Source: Alphaproteobacteria bacterium
GTDB lineage: Bacteria; Pseudomonadota; Alphaproteobacteria; UBA828
Reading direction: 5' to 3'
Length of the DNA stretch: 64,000 nt
Assembly (NCBI GenBank): GCA_965220745.1
Contig: CBDCQT010000013.1
Span: 1,017,339-1,081,338, forward strand
Made by a program: the position numbers and the translations under genes. The notes below the pieces were generated by a model. That model saw only the letters and a program-made list of their open reading frames with translations, had not been told where the DNA came from and did not search any database. Positions 36,963-47,459 of this stretch are shown here, piece by piece; the stretch's first letter is position 1; each line of letters starts with the position of its first letter.

Positions 36963-38795
36963 CTAACGGCGGCCGAAGAGGCGCTCGATATCGGCGAGCT
37001 TGAGCTCCACGTAGGTGGGCCGGCCGTGGTTGCACTGGCCGGCGTGAGGGGTCGCCTCCATCTGGCGCAGGAGCGCGTTCATCTCGTCGGCATTGAGCCG
37101 GCGGCCGGCGCGGACGCTGCCGTGGCAGGCGAGGGTGCTGCACACGTCACCGAGACGCTGGCGCAGCGTCGTCGCGTCGTCCCAGTCCGCGAGCTCGTCG
37201 GCAAGGTCGCGCACCAGGCTCTGCGTATCGCCGTTGCCGATGAGCGCCGGCACCTCGCGCACTACCACGGCGCCCGGCCCGAAACGCTCCAGCACCAGGC
37301 CGAGATCGGCGAACTCGCCCGCTCGCGCTTCCAGCCTGCCCACTGCCGTCTCGTCGAGCTCGATCACTTCCGGGATCAGCAGGATCTGGCGCTGGATGCC
37401 GGAATCGGCGAGCGCGGCCTTCATGCGCTCGTAGACGATGCGCTCGTGGGCGGCGTGCTGGTCGACGATGACGATGCCGTCCTCGGTCTGCGCCACGACG
37501 TAGGTGCCGTGCACCTGCCCGCGGGCGACGCCCAGGGGATAGGCGACGGGTGGGCCGTCCCCAGCCTCGACCGCCGGCGGGATGGCCTCGTCGGCCGGCG
37601 GCGGGCTCTCGATCCGGGCAGAGGGCGCGTCCAGCGGCGCCTGGTAACGGGTCTGGGCCTCGGCGAGCAACGGTGCGTGTGAGGGCGGCGGCGCGCCATA
37701 ACCCCGATTCGCCGCAGGGCCTTTGCGAGCGCCGCCGCTCCCCTGCGGCCTCATGGCGGCGAGGGTGTCGTCGGCGACCGTGGTCGCGGCGTGATGGCCG
37801 GCGGCGGCGAGCGCCCGCTTGAGTGAGCCCACGATGAGCCCGCGCACCAGCGCGGCATCGCGGAAGCGGACCTCAGCCTTGGTCGGATGGACGTTGACGT
37901 CCACCATGTCGGGCGGGAGATCGACGAAGAGCGCCGCCATGGGATGGCGCCCGCGATGCAGCAGGTCGGCGTAGGCCGCGCGCACGGCGCCGTGCAGCAG
38001 GCGGTCGCGCACCGGCCGGCCGTTGACGAAGAGGTACTGGTGCTGCGCGCTGGCGCGGTTGAGGGTGGGCAGCGCCGCGTAGCCGGTGAGCCGCACGCCC
38101 TCGCGCTCGGCATCGATGGGGAGCGCGTTCTGGGCGAAGTCGCGGCCCATGACCAGCGCGAGGCGCGCGAGGCGCCCGGCCGGCGCATCTTCGTGGGGCT
38201 CGTCGCGCAGCAGCGTGCGGCTGCCGTCGACCAGGGTGAAGCCGATAGTCGGATGGCACATGGCGAGGCGGTTTACGACATCAGCGGCGTGGCCCGACTC
38301 GGTGCGTGGCGCCTTGAGGAACTTGAGCCGTGCCGGCGTGGCATAGAAGAGGTCCGCCACCGTCACCGTGGTCCCCTGCGGGCGGGCGGCGGGCGTGGGG
38401 GCGCCCGGCTCGCCGCCGGCGGCTTCGATGGACCAGGCGTTGTCCGACCCGGCAGCGCGGCTCGCGAGCGTGAGCCGGCTGACCGCGGCAATGGAGGGCA
38501 GCGCCTCGCCGCGGAAGCCGAGGGTCGCGATGGACCAGAGATCGCCGTCCTCGGCGAGCTTGGAGGTGGCGTGGCGGGCGAGCGCCAGCGGCAGCTCGTC
38601 GCGGCCCATGCCGCGGCCGTCGTCGGCGACCCGGATCAGGCGGCGCCCGCTCTCCTCCAGCGTGATCTCGATGGAGCGTGCGCCCGCGTCGATGGCGTTC
38701 TCGACCAGCTCCTTGACCACGGACGCCGGCCGCTCGATCACCTCGCCGGCCGCGATGCGGTTGATCACGCCTTCGGGCAGGAGACGGATCGTCAT
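36963..38795 (-). CDS. mutL: DNA mismatch repair endonuclease MutL
   Basis: [54 protein letters not shown]. Confidence 0.97.
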   Translation of the reverse strand: MTIRLLPEGVINRIAAGEVIERPASVVKELVENAIDAGARSIEITLEESGRRLIRVADDGRGMGRDELPLALARHATSKLAEDGDLWSIATLGFRGEALPSIAAVSRLTLASRAAGSDNAWSIEAAGGEPGAPTPAARPQGTTVTVADLFYATPARLKFLKAPRTESGHAADVVNRLAMCHPTIGFTLVDGSRTLLRDEPHEDAPAGRLARLALVMGRDFAQNALPIDAEREGVRLTGYAALPTLNRASAQHQYLFVNGRPVRDRLLHGAVRAAYADLLHRGRHPMAALFVDLPPDMVDVNVHPTKAEVRFRDAALVRGLIVGSLKRALAAAGHHAATTVADDTLAAMRPQGSGGARKGPAANRGYGAPPPSHAPLLAEAQTRYQAPLDAPSARIESPPPADEAIPPAVEAGDGPPVAYPLGVARGQVHGTYVVAQTEDGIVIVDQHAAHERIVYERMKAALADSGIQRQILLIPEVIELDETAVGRLEARAGEFADLGLVLERFGPGAVVVREVPALIGNGDTQSLVRDLADELADWDDATTLRQRLGDVCSTLACHGSVRAGRRLNADEMNALLRQMEATPHAGQCNHGRPTYVELKLADIERLFGRR

Positions 38796-40090
38796 GGCTC
38801 GGACTCCAGGTCGCGGCGCGCCAGTTCCTTGCCTCGCTCCACCGCCGGCTGGTCGAAGGGATCGACGCCGAGCAGGTGCGCGGCCACCACCGTCTCTAGC
38901 ATGAAGTGCATCATCAGGGCACCGACGGCGCGTGCGTCGGCCGCCGGGACGCTGAGGCGGCGCACTGGCCGGCCGGCGTCGGTCAACATCGTGGCCGTGG
39001 CCCGCGCCTGGGCCGCGATCAAATCGCCCAAGCGGTGCCCACCCAGGTAGCCCGCACCGATCGCGTCGGCCAAGGCGGCGTCCACCCTGCGGGGTGCAGT
39101 CTCCGGCGCTTGGAGGATCGTAAAGAGGTTGCCGCCGGGGCCGTCCAGGAAGAGCTGCAATTGGCTGTGCTGGTCCACCGGGCCGGGGGCCAAGATCGGG
39201 GTCGAGCCCTGCCCGTCCTTGCCGAGGGATTCGGCCCAGAGCTGCCGGTACCACAGCCCAAAGTGATAGAGGTTTGGGCCATAGGGCATCAGCACCACGC
39301 TGGCCGCCGGCCAGGCTTGCATGGCGGCGACCGCGAGCGCGGCGCCCATCGCGGGCGCCGAGTCTTCGGGCGTGGGCGCCTCCAGAGCCGCGCTGAGCAC
39401 CGCCTGCGCGCCGTCGCGGGCGGCCGTGCCGTCCACCCCGGCGAACATCGCCGGCAGCAGCCCGACCAGGGAGAGTGCCGAGAACCGGCCGCCGAGCGCC
39501 GGGTCATGATCGAGGACCGCGAGCCCAAAGCGCGCGGCGAGGCGGCGCAAGGGACTCTCGCCAGGCCGGGTGATGACGGCGGCCACGTTGACGGGCTCCG
39601 TACCGCCCAGCACGAGCAGCGCCTGCGCGAGAGTCTCGGCGGTGGCGCCCGATTTCGAGATGACCAGGAACCCGGTGCTGTCGAGGTCCGACCCGCTCAA
39701 CACCCGATCGAGGCGGTCGCCGTCGCCGTTATCCAGAAACAGCAGCCGTTCGCTCTCCGGGCCGGTGGCGGCGAGTGCCTGACCGCCCAGGTTGGCGCCG
39801 CCGGTGCCGAGGACGACGAGGCGGCGAAAGCGGGCGCGCCAGTCGCCGGCCAGTGCCAACAGCGCAGCGAGGTCGTCACGCGCATCGGCGTACGCGAGGA
39901 AGGGCAGCGTTCCGGCCGCGCGTGCGCGCCGCAAGTCGGCAAGCACACGCCCTGCCTCGGGCAACAGCCCGTCGAGCGCGTCTCGCGCGATCCCGCCGGG
40001 CCCGACGGCCTCGGCGAGGCAAGTCGTGATGTCCTGATGCAAGGCCGGCGCGACGGTGGACGGCGCTCCCTCGCAGCCCTGCCGGGTCAT
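38792..40090 (-). CDS. pgi: Glucose-6-phosphate isomerase
   Basis: [44 protein letters not shown]. Confidence 0.9.
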   Translation of the reverse strand: MTRQGCEGAPSTVAPALHQDITTCLAEAVGPGGIARDALDGLLPEAGRVLADLRRARAAGTLPFLAYADARDDLAALLALAGDWRARFRRLVVLGTGGANLGGQALAATGPESERLLFLDNGDGDRLDRVLSGSDLDSTGFLVISKSGATAETLAQALLVLGGTEPVNVAAVITRPGESPLRRLAARFGLAVLDHDPALGGRFSALSLVGLLPAMFAGVDGTAARDGAQAVLSAALEAPTPEDSAPAMGAALAVAAMQAWPAASVVLMPYGPNLYHFGLWYRQLWAESLGKDGQGSTPILAPGPVDQHSQLQLFLDGPGGNLFTILQAPETAPRRVDAALADAIGAGYLGGHRLGDLIAAQARATATMLTDAGRPVRRLSVPAADARAVGALMMHFMLETVVAAHLLGVDPFDQPAVERGKELARRDLESEP

Positions 40091-40687
40091 TTAGAAGAGG
40101 TCTTCGAGAAGCGCCTTCTCGCGCCGCTTGATTGTCGGCGTCTCACCCGCCGTCACGGGTTCGCCCGCTTCGATGTTCTCGCGCAGCCGCTCGGCCTCGG
40201 CGTCCGCGTCGACCACCTCGCCCGGCGGCTGCTCTTCCCGCCAGAACATGAGGGATTCGACGAAGCTCTCGTCCTCCGAGGCGTAGCCCGAGAACTCGCG
40301 GTCGACGATCCGCCGGATGTTCGGGTCCACGTCGGCCGCGCCCGCTCGCTCGATGAAGGCGGTCTCGCCGCTCGTCGCGGTCGCGCTCTCGGCAGAACCG
40401 GCGCCGGACTCCTGCAACAGGACACTCTCGGCCTGCTCGCGTACCGAGGCCTCGTTGGCGTTGGGTGCGCCGGGCCGGGGCGGGCGCAAGGTGAGGTCGG
40501 GGGGCAGCGTGAGCGGCGCGCTGCGCACGACTGCGAACTCGTCCGGCGCATTCTTGCCCAGGCCGAAGGCGCTGCCGATGTTATCGCAGGCGGAGAGCGA
40601 CGCCACCAGCGCGAGCGCGCCGAGGCCCGCCGCAATACCGCGGCCAACGCCCCAATGCCGGATTGTTCGGTGTGCCCCTTGCCTCAT
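40091..40687 (-). CDS. DUF3035 lipoprotein
   Basis: LSAC lipobox; PDEFAVV..APL..PP..LRPP.PG; conserved position after lspA. Confidence 0.85.
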   Translation of the reverse strand: MRQGAHRTIRHWGVGRGIAAGLGALALVASLSACDNIGSAFGLGKNAPDEFAVVRSAPLTLPPDLTLRPPRPGAPNANEASVREQAESVLLQESGAGSAESATATSGETAFIERAGAADVDPNIRRIVDREFSGYASEDESFVESLMFWREEQPPGEVVDADAEAERLRENIEAGEPVTAGETPTIKRREKALLEDLF

Positions 40688-41163
40688 GACTCACTTCTAG
40701 GCGCTTTCCGCGGCTTCATCAAGAAGCTGTGGACGATCAGCATGACGACGCCAACGCTGATCGCGGAATCCGCAAGGTTGAAGGCCGGCCAGTGATAGCC
40801 GCCGCCGTGAAAGTCGAGGAAGTCGATGACCCAGCCGAGGCGCAGTCGGTCGACCACGTTGCCGATCGCGCCGCCGATGACGAGACCGAGCGCGCAGCCC
40901 TGCCAACGGGAGCGGCTGCGATGCAGCCAGACTCCGAGCCCGACGGAAATCGCAAGGGCAAGGCCCACGATCAGCAGCATGCCGGCGCCCTCACTCTGGA
41001 ACAGGCCGAAGCTGATGCCCTTGTTCTCGGCGGGAACGAGATTGAAGAAGGAGGTCACCTCGATGCGCCGGAGCGGGTCCCACAGCGCGTCACGCGCGGC
41101 CCACTTGGTGATCTGATCGGCGGCAATGGCGGCGGCCGCGACTGCCAGTCCGAGGCGGAGCAC
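40684..41163 (-). CDS. lspA: Lipoprotein signal peptidase II
   Basis: DQITK, NKGISFG, GGAIGNVVDR, VIDF, WPAFNLADS. Confidence 0.95.
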   Translation of the reverse strand: MLRLGLAVAAAAIAADQITKWAARDALWDPLRRIEVTSFFNLVPAENKGISFGLFQSEGAGMLLIVGLALAISVGLGVWLHRSRSRWQGCALGLVIGGAIGNVVDRLRLGWVIDFLDFHGGGYHWPAFNLADSAISVGVVMLIVHSFLMKPRKAPRSES

Positions 41164-41198
41164 GGCCGCCGTTCCCGAGCCCGGCGCCGCGCAGCCGG

Positions 41199-44069
41199 CT
41201 AGGCGGCTGCCGGGCGGGCAGCCTCGACGGCGCCGATGCAGCGCCCGCAAATGTCCGGATAGCGCTCGTCGCGACCGACCTCGGGCAGGAGCCGCCAGCA
41301 GCGCGCGCACTTCTGGTGCTCGGCAGGCGCGAACAGCACGCCGACTTCGGGCACCTCGGGCAGCGTGACGAGACTGTTCCCATCGGGCGCCTCGCTCCAC
41401 GGCGCGATGGACGCCTCGGAGGTGATGAAGAGCGTCGCGCAATCGTCGTCCTCGAAGGCGAGCGCGTCGCGGTAGCGTTCGTGCACGAACACCGTGGGCG
41501 CCGCCTCCAGCGAAGAGCCGATGATCTTGGCGGCGCGAGCCTCTTCCAGCGCCTTGGTGACGACGCGGCGCACCGCGCGCATGCGCCCGATGCGCTCGGC
41601 CAGCGCGTCGTCCTGCCACTCGGCCGGCAGCGCTGGGAAGACGCGCAGGTGCACGCTGGTGTCGTCCGGGTAGCGGGCGAGCCAGGCTTCTTCCGTCGTG
41701 AAGCAGATGAAGGGCGCGAGCCAGGCGGTCAGGCAGTCGAACAACCGATCGAGCACGGTGCGCACGGCGCGCCGGCGGGTCGAATGCGCCGGGTCGCAAT
41801 AGAGCGAGTCCTTGCGGACGTCGAAGTAGAAGGCCGAGAGATCGACCGCGCAGAAGTGGTGCAGCGCCACGAACATCTCGTGGAAGGCGAAGTCTTCGCA
41901 CCAGCGGCGGACGTCCCGGTCGAGACCGTGAAGCCGGTGCAGCACCCAGCGCTCCAGCGCGGGCAGTGAATCCGCCGGCAGGCGCTCGCCGGCGTGGAAG
42001 TCTGCGAGGTTGCCCAAGAGATAACGCAGCGTGTTGCGCAGCCGCCGGTAGGAATCGACCTGGTGGCGCAGGATCTCGTCGCTGATCCTGAGATCTTCGG
42101 CGTAGTCCGTGCTCACCACCCAGAGACGGAGGATGTCGGCGCCGTAGCGTTCGTTCACCTGATGCGGCGCGATGACGTTGCCGAGCGATTTCGACATCTT
42201 GCGCCCTTCGCCGTCGACCACGAAGCCATGGGTGAGCACGGCGTCGTAGGGCGCGCGGCCGCGGGTGCCGCAGGATTCGAGCAGCGAGCTGTGGAACCAG
42301 CCCCGGTGCTGGTCCGAGCCTTCGAGGTAGAGCGATGCCGGCCACATCAGCTCCGGCCGCTGCTCCAGGACGAAGCTGTGGGTGGTGCCGCTTTCGAACC
42401 AGACGTCGAGAATGTCGGTGACCTTGTCGTAAGCGTCCGGGTCGTATTCCGGTGCGAGGAAGCGCGCCTTGTCACTGGTGAACCAGGCGTCGGCGCCTTC
42501 CTGCTCGACCACGGCGGCGATGCGCTCGACCACCTGCGGGTCGCGCAGCGGCATGCCATCCTCGCGCGAGACGAAGACCGTGATCGGCACGCCCCAGACG
42601 CGCTGGCGCGAGAGCACCCAGTCGGGCCGGGTCTCGATCATGGAGCGGATGCGGGCGCGGCCCGTCGGCGGCACCCAGCGCACGTTGTCGATGGCGTTGA
42701 GCGCGGTGCTGCGGAGACCGGTCGTCTCCATGCTGATGAACCACTGGCTCGTGTTGCGGAAGATCAGCGGCGCCTTGGAGCGCCAGGAGTGGGGATAGGA
42801 GTGCACCAGCTCGCCGCGTGCGAGCAGCCTGCCGGAGTCGGCCAGCGCGTCGGCGATCTCGCCGTTCACTTTGTAGACGTGCTTGCCGGCGAAGCCCGGT
42901 ACGTGATCGTAGAAGCAGCCGTCGTCGTCCACCGTGGCGGGGGTCTCGATCGGCTGGCCATCGCCGCCGCCCGCAGCGAGGCCCACGTTGTAGAGTGCGA
43001 CCGCCTCGAAATCCTCGGCGCCGTGGCCCGGCGCGATATGGACAAAGCCGGTGCCCTGCTCGGTGGTGACGTGATCGGCGGGGATCAGCGGCACCGGGAA
43101 GTCATAGCCCCTGCCGCGCAAGGGGTGGGCGCAGACGGTGCCGGCGAAGGCGGTGCCGGGGAGATCGGAGGCGATCACCCGGTGGCCGGTGATTCCGCTC
43201 TCGGCACAAAGGGTGGGTGCCAGCTCCTCGGCGGCGGCGATGCGGGCGCCGGGCGTCACTGCCGCGCCGTCCGCGACCTCGGTCACTTCCAACACCACGT
43301 AGCGCACCGCCTCGCCGTAGGCGATGCAGCGGTTGCCGGGGATGGTCCAGGGAGTCGTCGTCCAGATGACGATTGCGGCGCTGTCGAGGGCTTCCAGCGG
43401 GCTCTCGATGACCGGGAAGGCGACGGTGATCACCACCGACTTGTGGTCGTGGTACTCGATTTCGGCCTCGGCCAGCGCCGTCTTCTCGACCGGCGACCAC
43501 ATCACCGGCCGCGCACCCAGGTAGAGGCTACCGTCGACCAGGAAGCGCCCGAGCTCGCGCACGATCTGCGCCTCGGCCGCGTAGTTCATGGTGGTGTAGG
43601 GATCGTCCCAGTCGCCGATCACGCCCAGGCGCTTGAACTCGTTGCGCTGCACGTCGATCCAGTGCTCGGCGAAGGCACGGCAGTCGGCACGGAACTCGCT
43701 GACCGGGACGGAATCCTTGTCACGGCCCTCCTTGCGGTAGGCCTGCTCCACCTGCCACTCGATGGGCAGGCCGTGGCAGTCCCAGCCCGGCACGTAGACC
43801 GAATCCTTGCCCAGCATCTGCTGGGAGCGGACGACGACATCCTTCAGGATCTTGTTCAGCGCGGTGCCGAGGTGAAGGTGGCCGTTGGCGTAGGGCGGGC
43901 CATCGTGCAGCACGAACTTGGGGCGCCCGGCCGAGTCCTCCCGCAAGCGATCGTAGAGGCCGATCTCCTCCCAGCGTGCGGCCATCGCCGGCTCGCGTTC
44001 GGGCAGTCGCGCCTTCATGGGGAAGGCGGTGCGCGGCATGAGGACGGTATCGCGGTAGTCGGTGGTCAT
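41199..44069 (-). CDS. ileS: Isoleucine--tRNA ligase (type 1)
   Basis: HDGPPYANGHLHLGT, GWDCHGLPIE, WTTTPWT, KMSKS, C-terminal CARC...CGRC. Confidence 0.97.
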   Translation of the reverse strand: MTTDYRDTVLMPRTAFPMKARLPEREPAMAARWEEIGLYDRLREDSAGRPKFVLHDGPPYANGHLHLGTALNKILKDVVVRSQQMLGKDSVYVPGWDCHGLPIEWQVEQAYRKEGRDKDSVPVSEFRADCRAFAEHWIDVQRNEFKRLGVIGDWDDPYTTMNYAAEAQIVRELGRFLVDGSLYLGARPVMWSPVEKTALAEAEIEYHDHKSVVITVAFPVIESPLEALDSAAIVIWTTTPWTIPGNRCIAYGEAVRYVVLEVTEVADGAAVTPGARIAAAEELAPTLCAESGITGHRVIASDLPGTAFAGTVCAHPLRGRGYDFPVPLIPADHVTTEQGTGFVHIAPGHGAEDFEAVALYNVGLAAGGGDGQPIETPATVDDDGCFYDHVPGFAGKHVYKVNGEIADALADSGRLLARGELVHSYPHSWRSKAPLIFRNTSQWFISMETTGLRSTALNAIDNVRWVPPTGRARIRSMIETRPDWVLSRQRVWGVPITVFVSREDGMPLRDPQVVERIAAVVEQEGADAWFTSDKARFLAPEYDPDAYDKVTDILDVWFESGTTHSFVLEQRPELMWPASLYLEGSDQHRGWFHSSLLESCGTRGRAPYDAVLTHGFVVDGEGRKMSKSLGNVIAPHQVNERYGADILRLWVVSTDYAEDLRISDEILRHQVDSYRRLRNTLRYLLGNLADFHAGERLPADSLPALERWVLHRLHGLDRDVRRWCEDFAFHEMFVALHHFCAVDLSAFYFDVRKDSLYCDPAHSTRRRAVRTVLDRLFDCLTAWLAPFICFTTEEAWLARYPDDTSVHLRVFPALPAEWQDDALAERIGRMRAVRRVVTKALEEARAAKIIGSSLEAAPTVFVHERYRDALAFEDDDCATLFITSEASIAPWSEAPDGNSLVTLPEVPEVGVLFAPAEHQKCARCWRLLPEVGRDERYPDICGRCIGAVEAARPAAA

Positions 44070-45052
44070 GAGCGGGCCTGGCGGCGGGGCAGGACGGCGG
44101 ACTCGTCGGCGTCCGGCGCGGGCAGGCGGGCGAGGATGGCGCGGGCGGTGTCGCAGTCGTCGGCGATCTGCGCCTTCAGCGCGTCGATGCCGTCGAAGCG
44201 GCGCTCGGGCCGCACACGGTCGGCGAAGGCGGCGCGCAGCCGCTTGCCGTAAAGATCGGCGGCGTAATCGAAGATGTGCACTTCGAGAAGGTCCTCCGTC
44301 TTGTCGAAGGTCGGCCGGCGGCCGAGATTGGCCACCGCCGGGTACCAGTGTTCGTCGCCGTCGGGCTGGGCCCAGAGCGCGTAGACGCCGCGCGCCGGGT
44401 GCAGGATGCCGGCGCAGCGCAGATTGGCGGTGGGGAAGCCGATGGTCCGGCCGCGCCGGTCGCCCGCGATGACGTGCCCGTCGATCTCCCAATAACGGCC
44501 GAGCACCTCGGGCAGCGCGGCGACCTCGCCGTCCGACAGCAGGCGCCGGGCCCGGCTCGCCGAATGGACTTCTTCGCCCGTGCCCGCCGCCTCGATGCTG
44601 GTCACGCCGACCCCGAGCGAGCCGCCCACCTCGGTGAGCAGTTCCACTGTGCCGGCGCGCCCGCGGCCGAAGGCGAAGTCGTGGCCGACCACGACGTGGC
44701 GGGCGCCGATGCCCGCCGCCACCACGTCCGCGACGAACGACGCAGGCTCGCGCGCCGCAAAGGCGCGGTCGAAGCGTGCGACGTAGAGAAAGTCGATGCC
44801 GAGGGTATCGAGTTGGCGGGCCTTGACCCGGAACGGCGTGAGTCTGAAGGGCTCCTCCGGGGTGGCGAGCACCTGGCGCGGGTGGGGCTCGAAGGTGAGC
44901 ACGGCGAGCGGCGCGCCGAGGGCACGGGCGATGCGCCGGCCTTCCTCGATGACCGCGCGATGGCCCAGGTGGACGCCATCGAAATTGCCGATGGCGACCA
45001 CCGCGCCCCGTGCGTCTGCGGGCGTGCTTTGCCAATGTCGAACGATGCGCAT
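44066..45052 (-). CDS. ribF: Riboflavin kinase/FAD synthetase
   Basis: GNFDGVHLGH, TFEPHP, GRTIGFPTAN, LYGK, RPERRF. Confidence 0.96.
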   Translation of the reverse strand: MRIVRHWQSTPADARGAVVAIGNFDGVHLGHRAVIEEGRRIARALGAPLAVLTFEPHPRQVLATPEEPFRLTPFRVKARQLDTLGIDFLYVARFDRAFAAREPASFVADVVAAGIGARHVVVGHDFAFGRGRAGTVELLTEVGGSLGVGVTSIEAAGTGEEVHSASRARRLLSDGEVAALPEVLGRYWEIDGHVIAGDRRGRTIGFPTANLRCAGILHPARGVYALWAQPDGDEHWYPAVANLGRRPTFDKTEDLLEVHIFDYAADLYGKRLRAAFADRVRPERRFDGIDALKAQIADDCDTARAILARLPAPDADESAVLPRRQARS

Positions 45053-45143
45053 GGGCGCGTTTACCCCAATCCGAGCGGGCGGGAGAATAGCCGCGGCGCT
45101 CAGGCGCGTCGATGGGTGTTGAGTTAATTTGGGGCGCGGCGCC

Positions 45144-45794
45144 TCACCACATGCGCAGGCCCACCAGCAGGACGTGCTGGGTCATATCGCCGTAATCGTT
45201 GAGGTCGCCGGTCTTGATGTAGCGGTAACCGACATGCCAGCCCTGGAAGTGGGCGCCCAGGCCGATCTGATAGGCGAATTCTGTGTCCGTCCCGTCGCCA
45301 CTGCCTTGAAGAGCGTTTTGTGCCCTATCGACAATTCGGTGGCTGGTGTCGGCGAACAGCATGCCGGCACCGCCGCCGCCATAGATGCCCCAGGTCGTGC
45401 CGGCGCCGAGGTCGATCCAGGAGTTCAGCATCACCCCATAGGTGCGGACATCGCCGGAGACCGAGGCGCTGATCGCCTGCTCCTGTTGCTCGCTTCCCGA
45501 GGCCGTGTCGATGTCGAAGAACACCTCGGCCTCGGCCCGAAGCATCTCGGTGAGCCCCATGCCCATGACACCACTGATGCGAAAATTGGTGTCGTTGTAG
45601 CTCGGAGACGCGATGTCGGCGCAGCTGCCGTTGTTACACCCCTCGAACTCCGACAGCTTGCCGGGCAGATCGAAGTCGAACAGCCCGACATCGATGCCGA
45701 AGTAGAGACCGGCCTGTTCGGCCTGGCTTGGGGCGGACAACGCTGCCAGGGCCACGAAGGCGCTCCCGGCCACGGCTGACAGAATTGCTCTCAT
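45144..45794 (-). CDS. Outer-membrane beta-barrel protein (Omp/opacity-like)
   Basis: Signal peptide, alternating beta strands, YGGGGAG, FAYQIGLG, VGYRY, terminal aromatic residue. Confidence 0.75.
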   Translation of the reverse strand: MRAILSAVAGSAFVALAALSAPSQAEQAGLYFGIDVGLFDFDLPGKLSEFEGCNNGSCADIASPSYNDTNFRISGVMGMGLTEMLRAEAEVFFDIDTASGSEQQEQAISASVSGDVRTYGVMLNSWIDLGAGTTWGIYGGGGAGMLFADTSHRIVDRAQNALQGSGDGTDTEFAYQIGLGAHFQGWHVGYRYIKTGDLNDYGDMTQHVLLVGLRMW

Positions 45795-45925
45795 TCCGAT
45801 TCCCCTCGTGCAGCGGGCCGAGCGATTGCGACTCGGCGGAAGACAGCGCCCCGACGTTCCACGCGTGCGGCGCGCGCGTCAATACGGTCGTCTGCCGAGA
45901 CGCCGACGAGAGGGGGAGAGAAGGG

Positions 45926-45950
45926 GAGGGGGCGCTGGCCGCGCCCCCTC
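45926..45950 (-). terminator. Hairpin terminator after SBP copy 2
   Basis: GAGGGGGCGC-tggcc-GCGCCCCCTC. Confidence 0.6.
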
Positions 45951-45961
45951 TGAGTACCGGA

Positions 45962-47377
45962 TCAGTCGAACGGATAAGCCGCCGGCTTCGAGGCCCACTC
46001 CATGTAGGCCTCGCGCTGATTGTCGACGCCCACCTTCTCGGTGAGCGCGTCCCACGCAGAAGCCACACCGTCGAGCTCCTCCTGCGGGTCGGCACCGCCC
46101 ATCACCGCCTGAAGCCCGATCGCCAGCGCATCTTCGTACGCGAAGGTGTTGATGATCGAGAGATCGAGCAGGCCCGAGACCGCGCCTGCCTGTAGCGCAT
46201 CGAGGTACTCCTTCGCATCAGGCCAGAGCGACTGGTACTCCGGCGACGAGAAGTGCGACTTGCGGAAGGGATCGCGCAGCGTGTAGGGCAGCTGCACCCG
46301 CTGGCCGCTGATGTCGATGCTGTTGATCCACTGGATGTAGAGGTAGGCCGCGTCCTTGTTCTTGCTGTCGGACGAGACCGCCATCGAGAACCCGGCGGCA
46401 AGCTGCGGATGGCCGCCCGGCGGCAGCGCATAGCCCACATTGCCCGCAACCACCGACGGCGGCACCCACTGCATGGCGATGTCGTCGGTGCCGTAGCCCG
46501 CCGACCAGCGGCCGACCGGCGGCCACCACTGGGTCATGGCGATCTGGCCGGCGTTGAAGGCGGCGAGCGACTCGATCGCGCCCCACTGCTCGACACCCGG
46601 CGGCATGGTGGTGTTGTCCTTGACCATGCCGGCGAGCGCCTTGACGCAGCCGGGGCCGTTGATCGTCGCCTTCATGGTCTCGGCGTCGAAGAACTTGCAG
46701 CCCTCGTTGCGTGCCCGCTCCTGATAGAAGTAGTGGAGCAGACCGCGCACTCGCATGAAGCCCGCGCCGTAGACCTCGGGCGCCTTGGCGTCGGTGATCG
46801 CCTTGCTGACCTCGTAGAATTCGTCCCACGTGGTCGGCACCGCAAGGCCCATCTCCTCGAAGATGTCCTTGCGGTAATAGAGAATCAGCACGTCGCCATC
46901 GTCTGGGAAGCCGTAGATGGTGTCGCCGATCCGCATCTGGTTCTCGCGATAAACGTCGCCAATGTCCTCCAGCTCCTCGCGGTAGCCGTATTTGTCGACG
47001 TACTCGTCGAGCGGTTCGACCGCGCCGGCGCGCACCATGTCGCCCATCCAGGCGGGCACCACGCTCAGCACGTCATAGGCGCCGGTCCCGGCGCGATGTT
47101 CCTGAAGCATCTTCGGGAACATCTCGTTCACCTGGGATTCGATCACGTTGACCTTGATCCCGGTGAGCTCCTCCCACTTCGGGCCGGAGAAGTTCTGCGG
47201 GCCGAGCGACTGGAGCCCGGCCTCCCAGATCACGTTGATCTCGGTGCCGGCGTATTGTTTGGCCTCGCGCACCGAGATCTCGGCGGCACTCTCGGCCCAG
47301 GCGGCGCCTGTGCCTGCGCCGAGCAGCGCGAGCGCGGTGAGACCGCCCATCATTGACCGCATTGTTCCCATTGCCAT
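45962..47377 (-). CDS. Carbohydrate-type ABC substrate-binding protein, copy 2
   Basis: Signal peptide; WEELTGIKVN, LYYRKDIF, PTTWDEF; paralogue of 47460-48875. Confidence 0.88.
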   Translation of the reverse strand: MAMGTMRSMMGGLTALALLGAGTGAAWAESAAEISVREAKQYAGTEINVIWEAGLQSLGPQNFSGPKWEELTGIKVNVIESQVNEMFPKMLQEHRAGTGAYDVLSVVPAWMGDMVRAGAVEPLDEYVDKYGYREELEDIGDVYRENQMRIGDTIYGFPDDGDVLILYYRKDIFEEMGLAVPTTWDEFYEVSKAITDAKAPEVYGAGFMRVRGLLHYFYQERARNEGCKFFDAETMKATINGPGCVKALAGMVKDNTTMPPGVEQWGAIESLAAFNAGQIAMTQWWPPVGRWSAGYGTDDIAMQWVPPSVVAGNVGYALPPGGHPQLAAGFSMAVSSDSKNKDAAYLYIQWINSIDISGQRVQLPYTLRDPFRKSHFSSPEYQSLWPDAKEYLDALQAGAVSGLLDLSIINTFAYEDALAIGLQAVMGGADPQEELDGVASAWDALTEKVGVDNQREAYMEWASKPAAYPFD

Positions 47378-47420
47378 TGTTGCCCTCCCTTCGTGCGGCG
47401 CGACGGCGCCGGAAAACAAA

Positions 47421-47446
47421 TGGGGAGGGAACGATGTCCCTCCCCA
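47421..47446 (-). terminator. Rho-independent terminator-like hairpin between the SBP copies
   Basis: TGGGGAGGGA-6 nt-TCCCTCCCCA followed by TTTGTTTT on the minus strand. Confidence 0.65.
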
Positions 47447-47459
47447 AAGAACTCCGGGA

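Noticed and set aside
41994-44252. Long antisense ORFs (also 2364-4070, 5152-6375, 38906-40795, 55425-57380)
   Set aside because: Shadows of real genes caused by GC3 bias; no motifs
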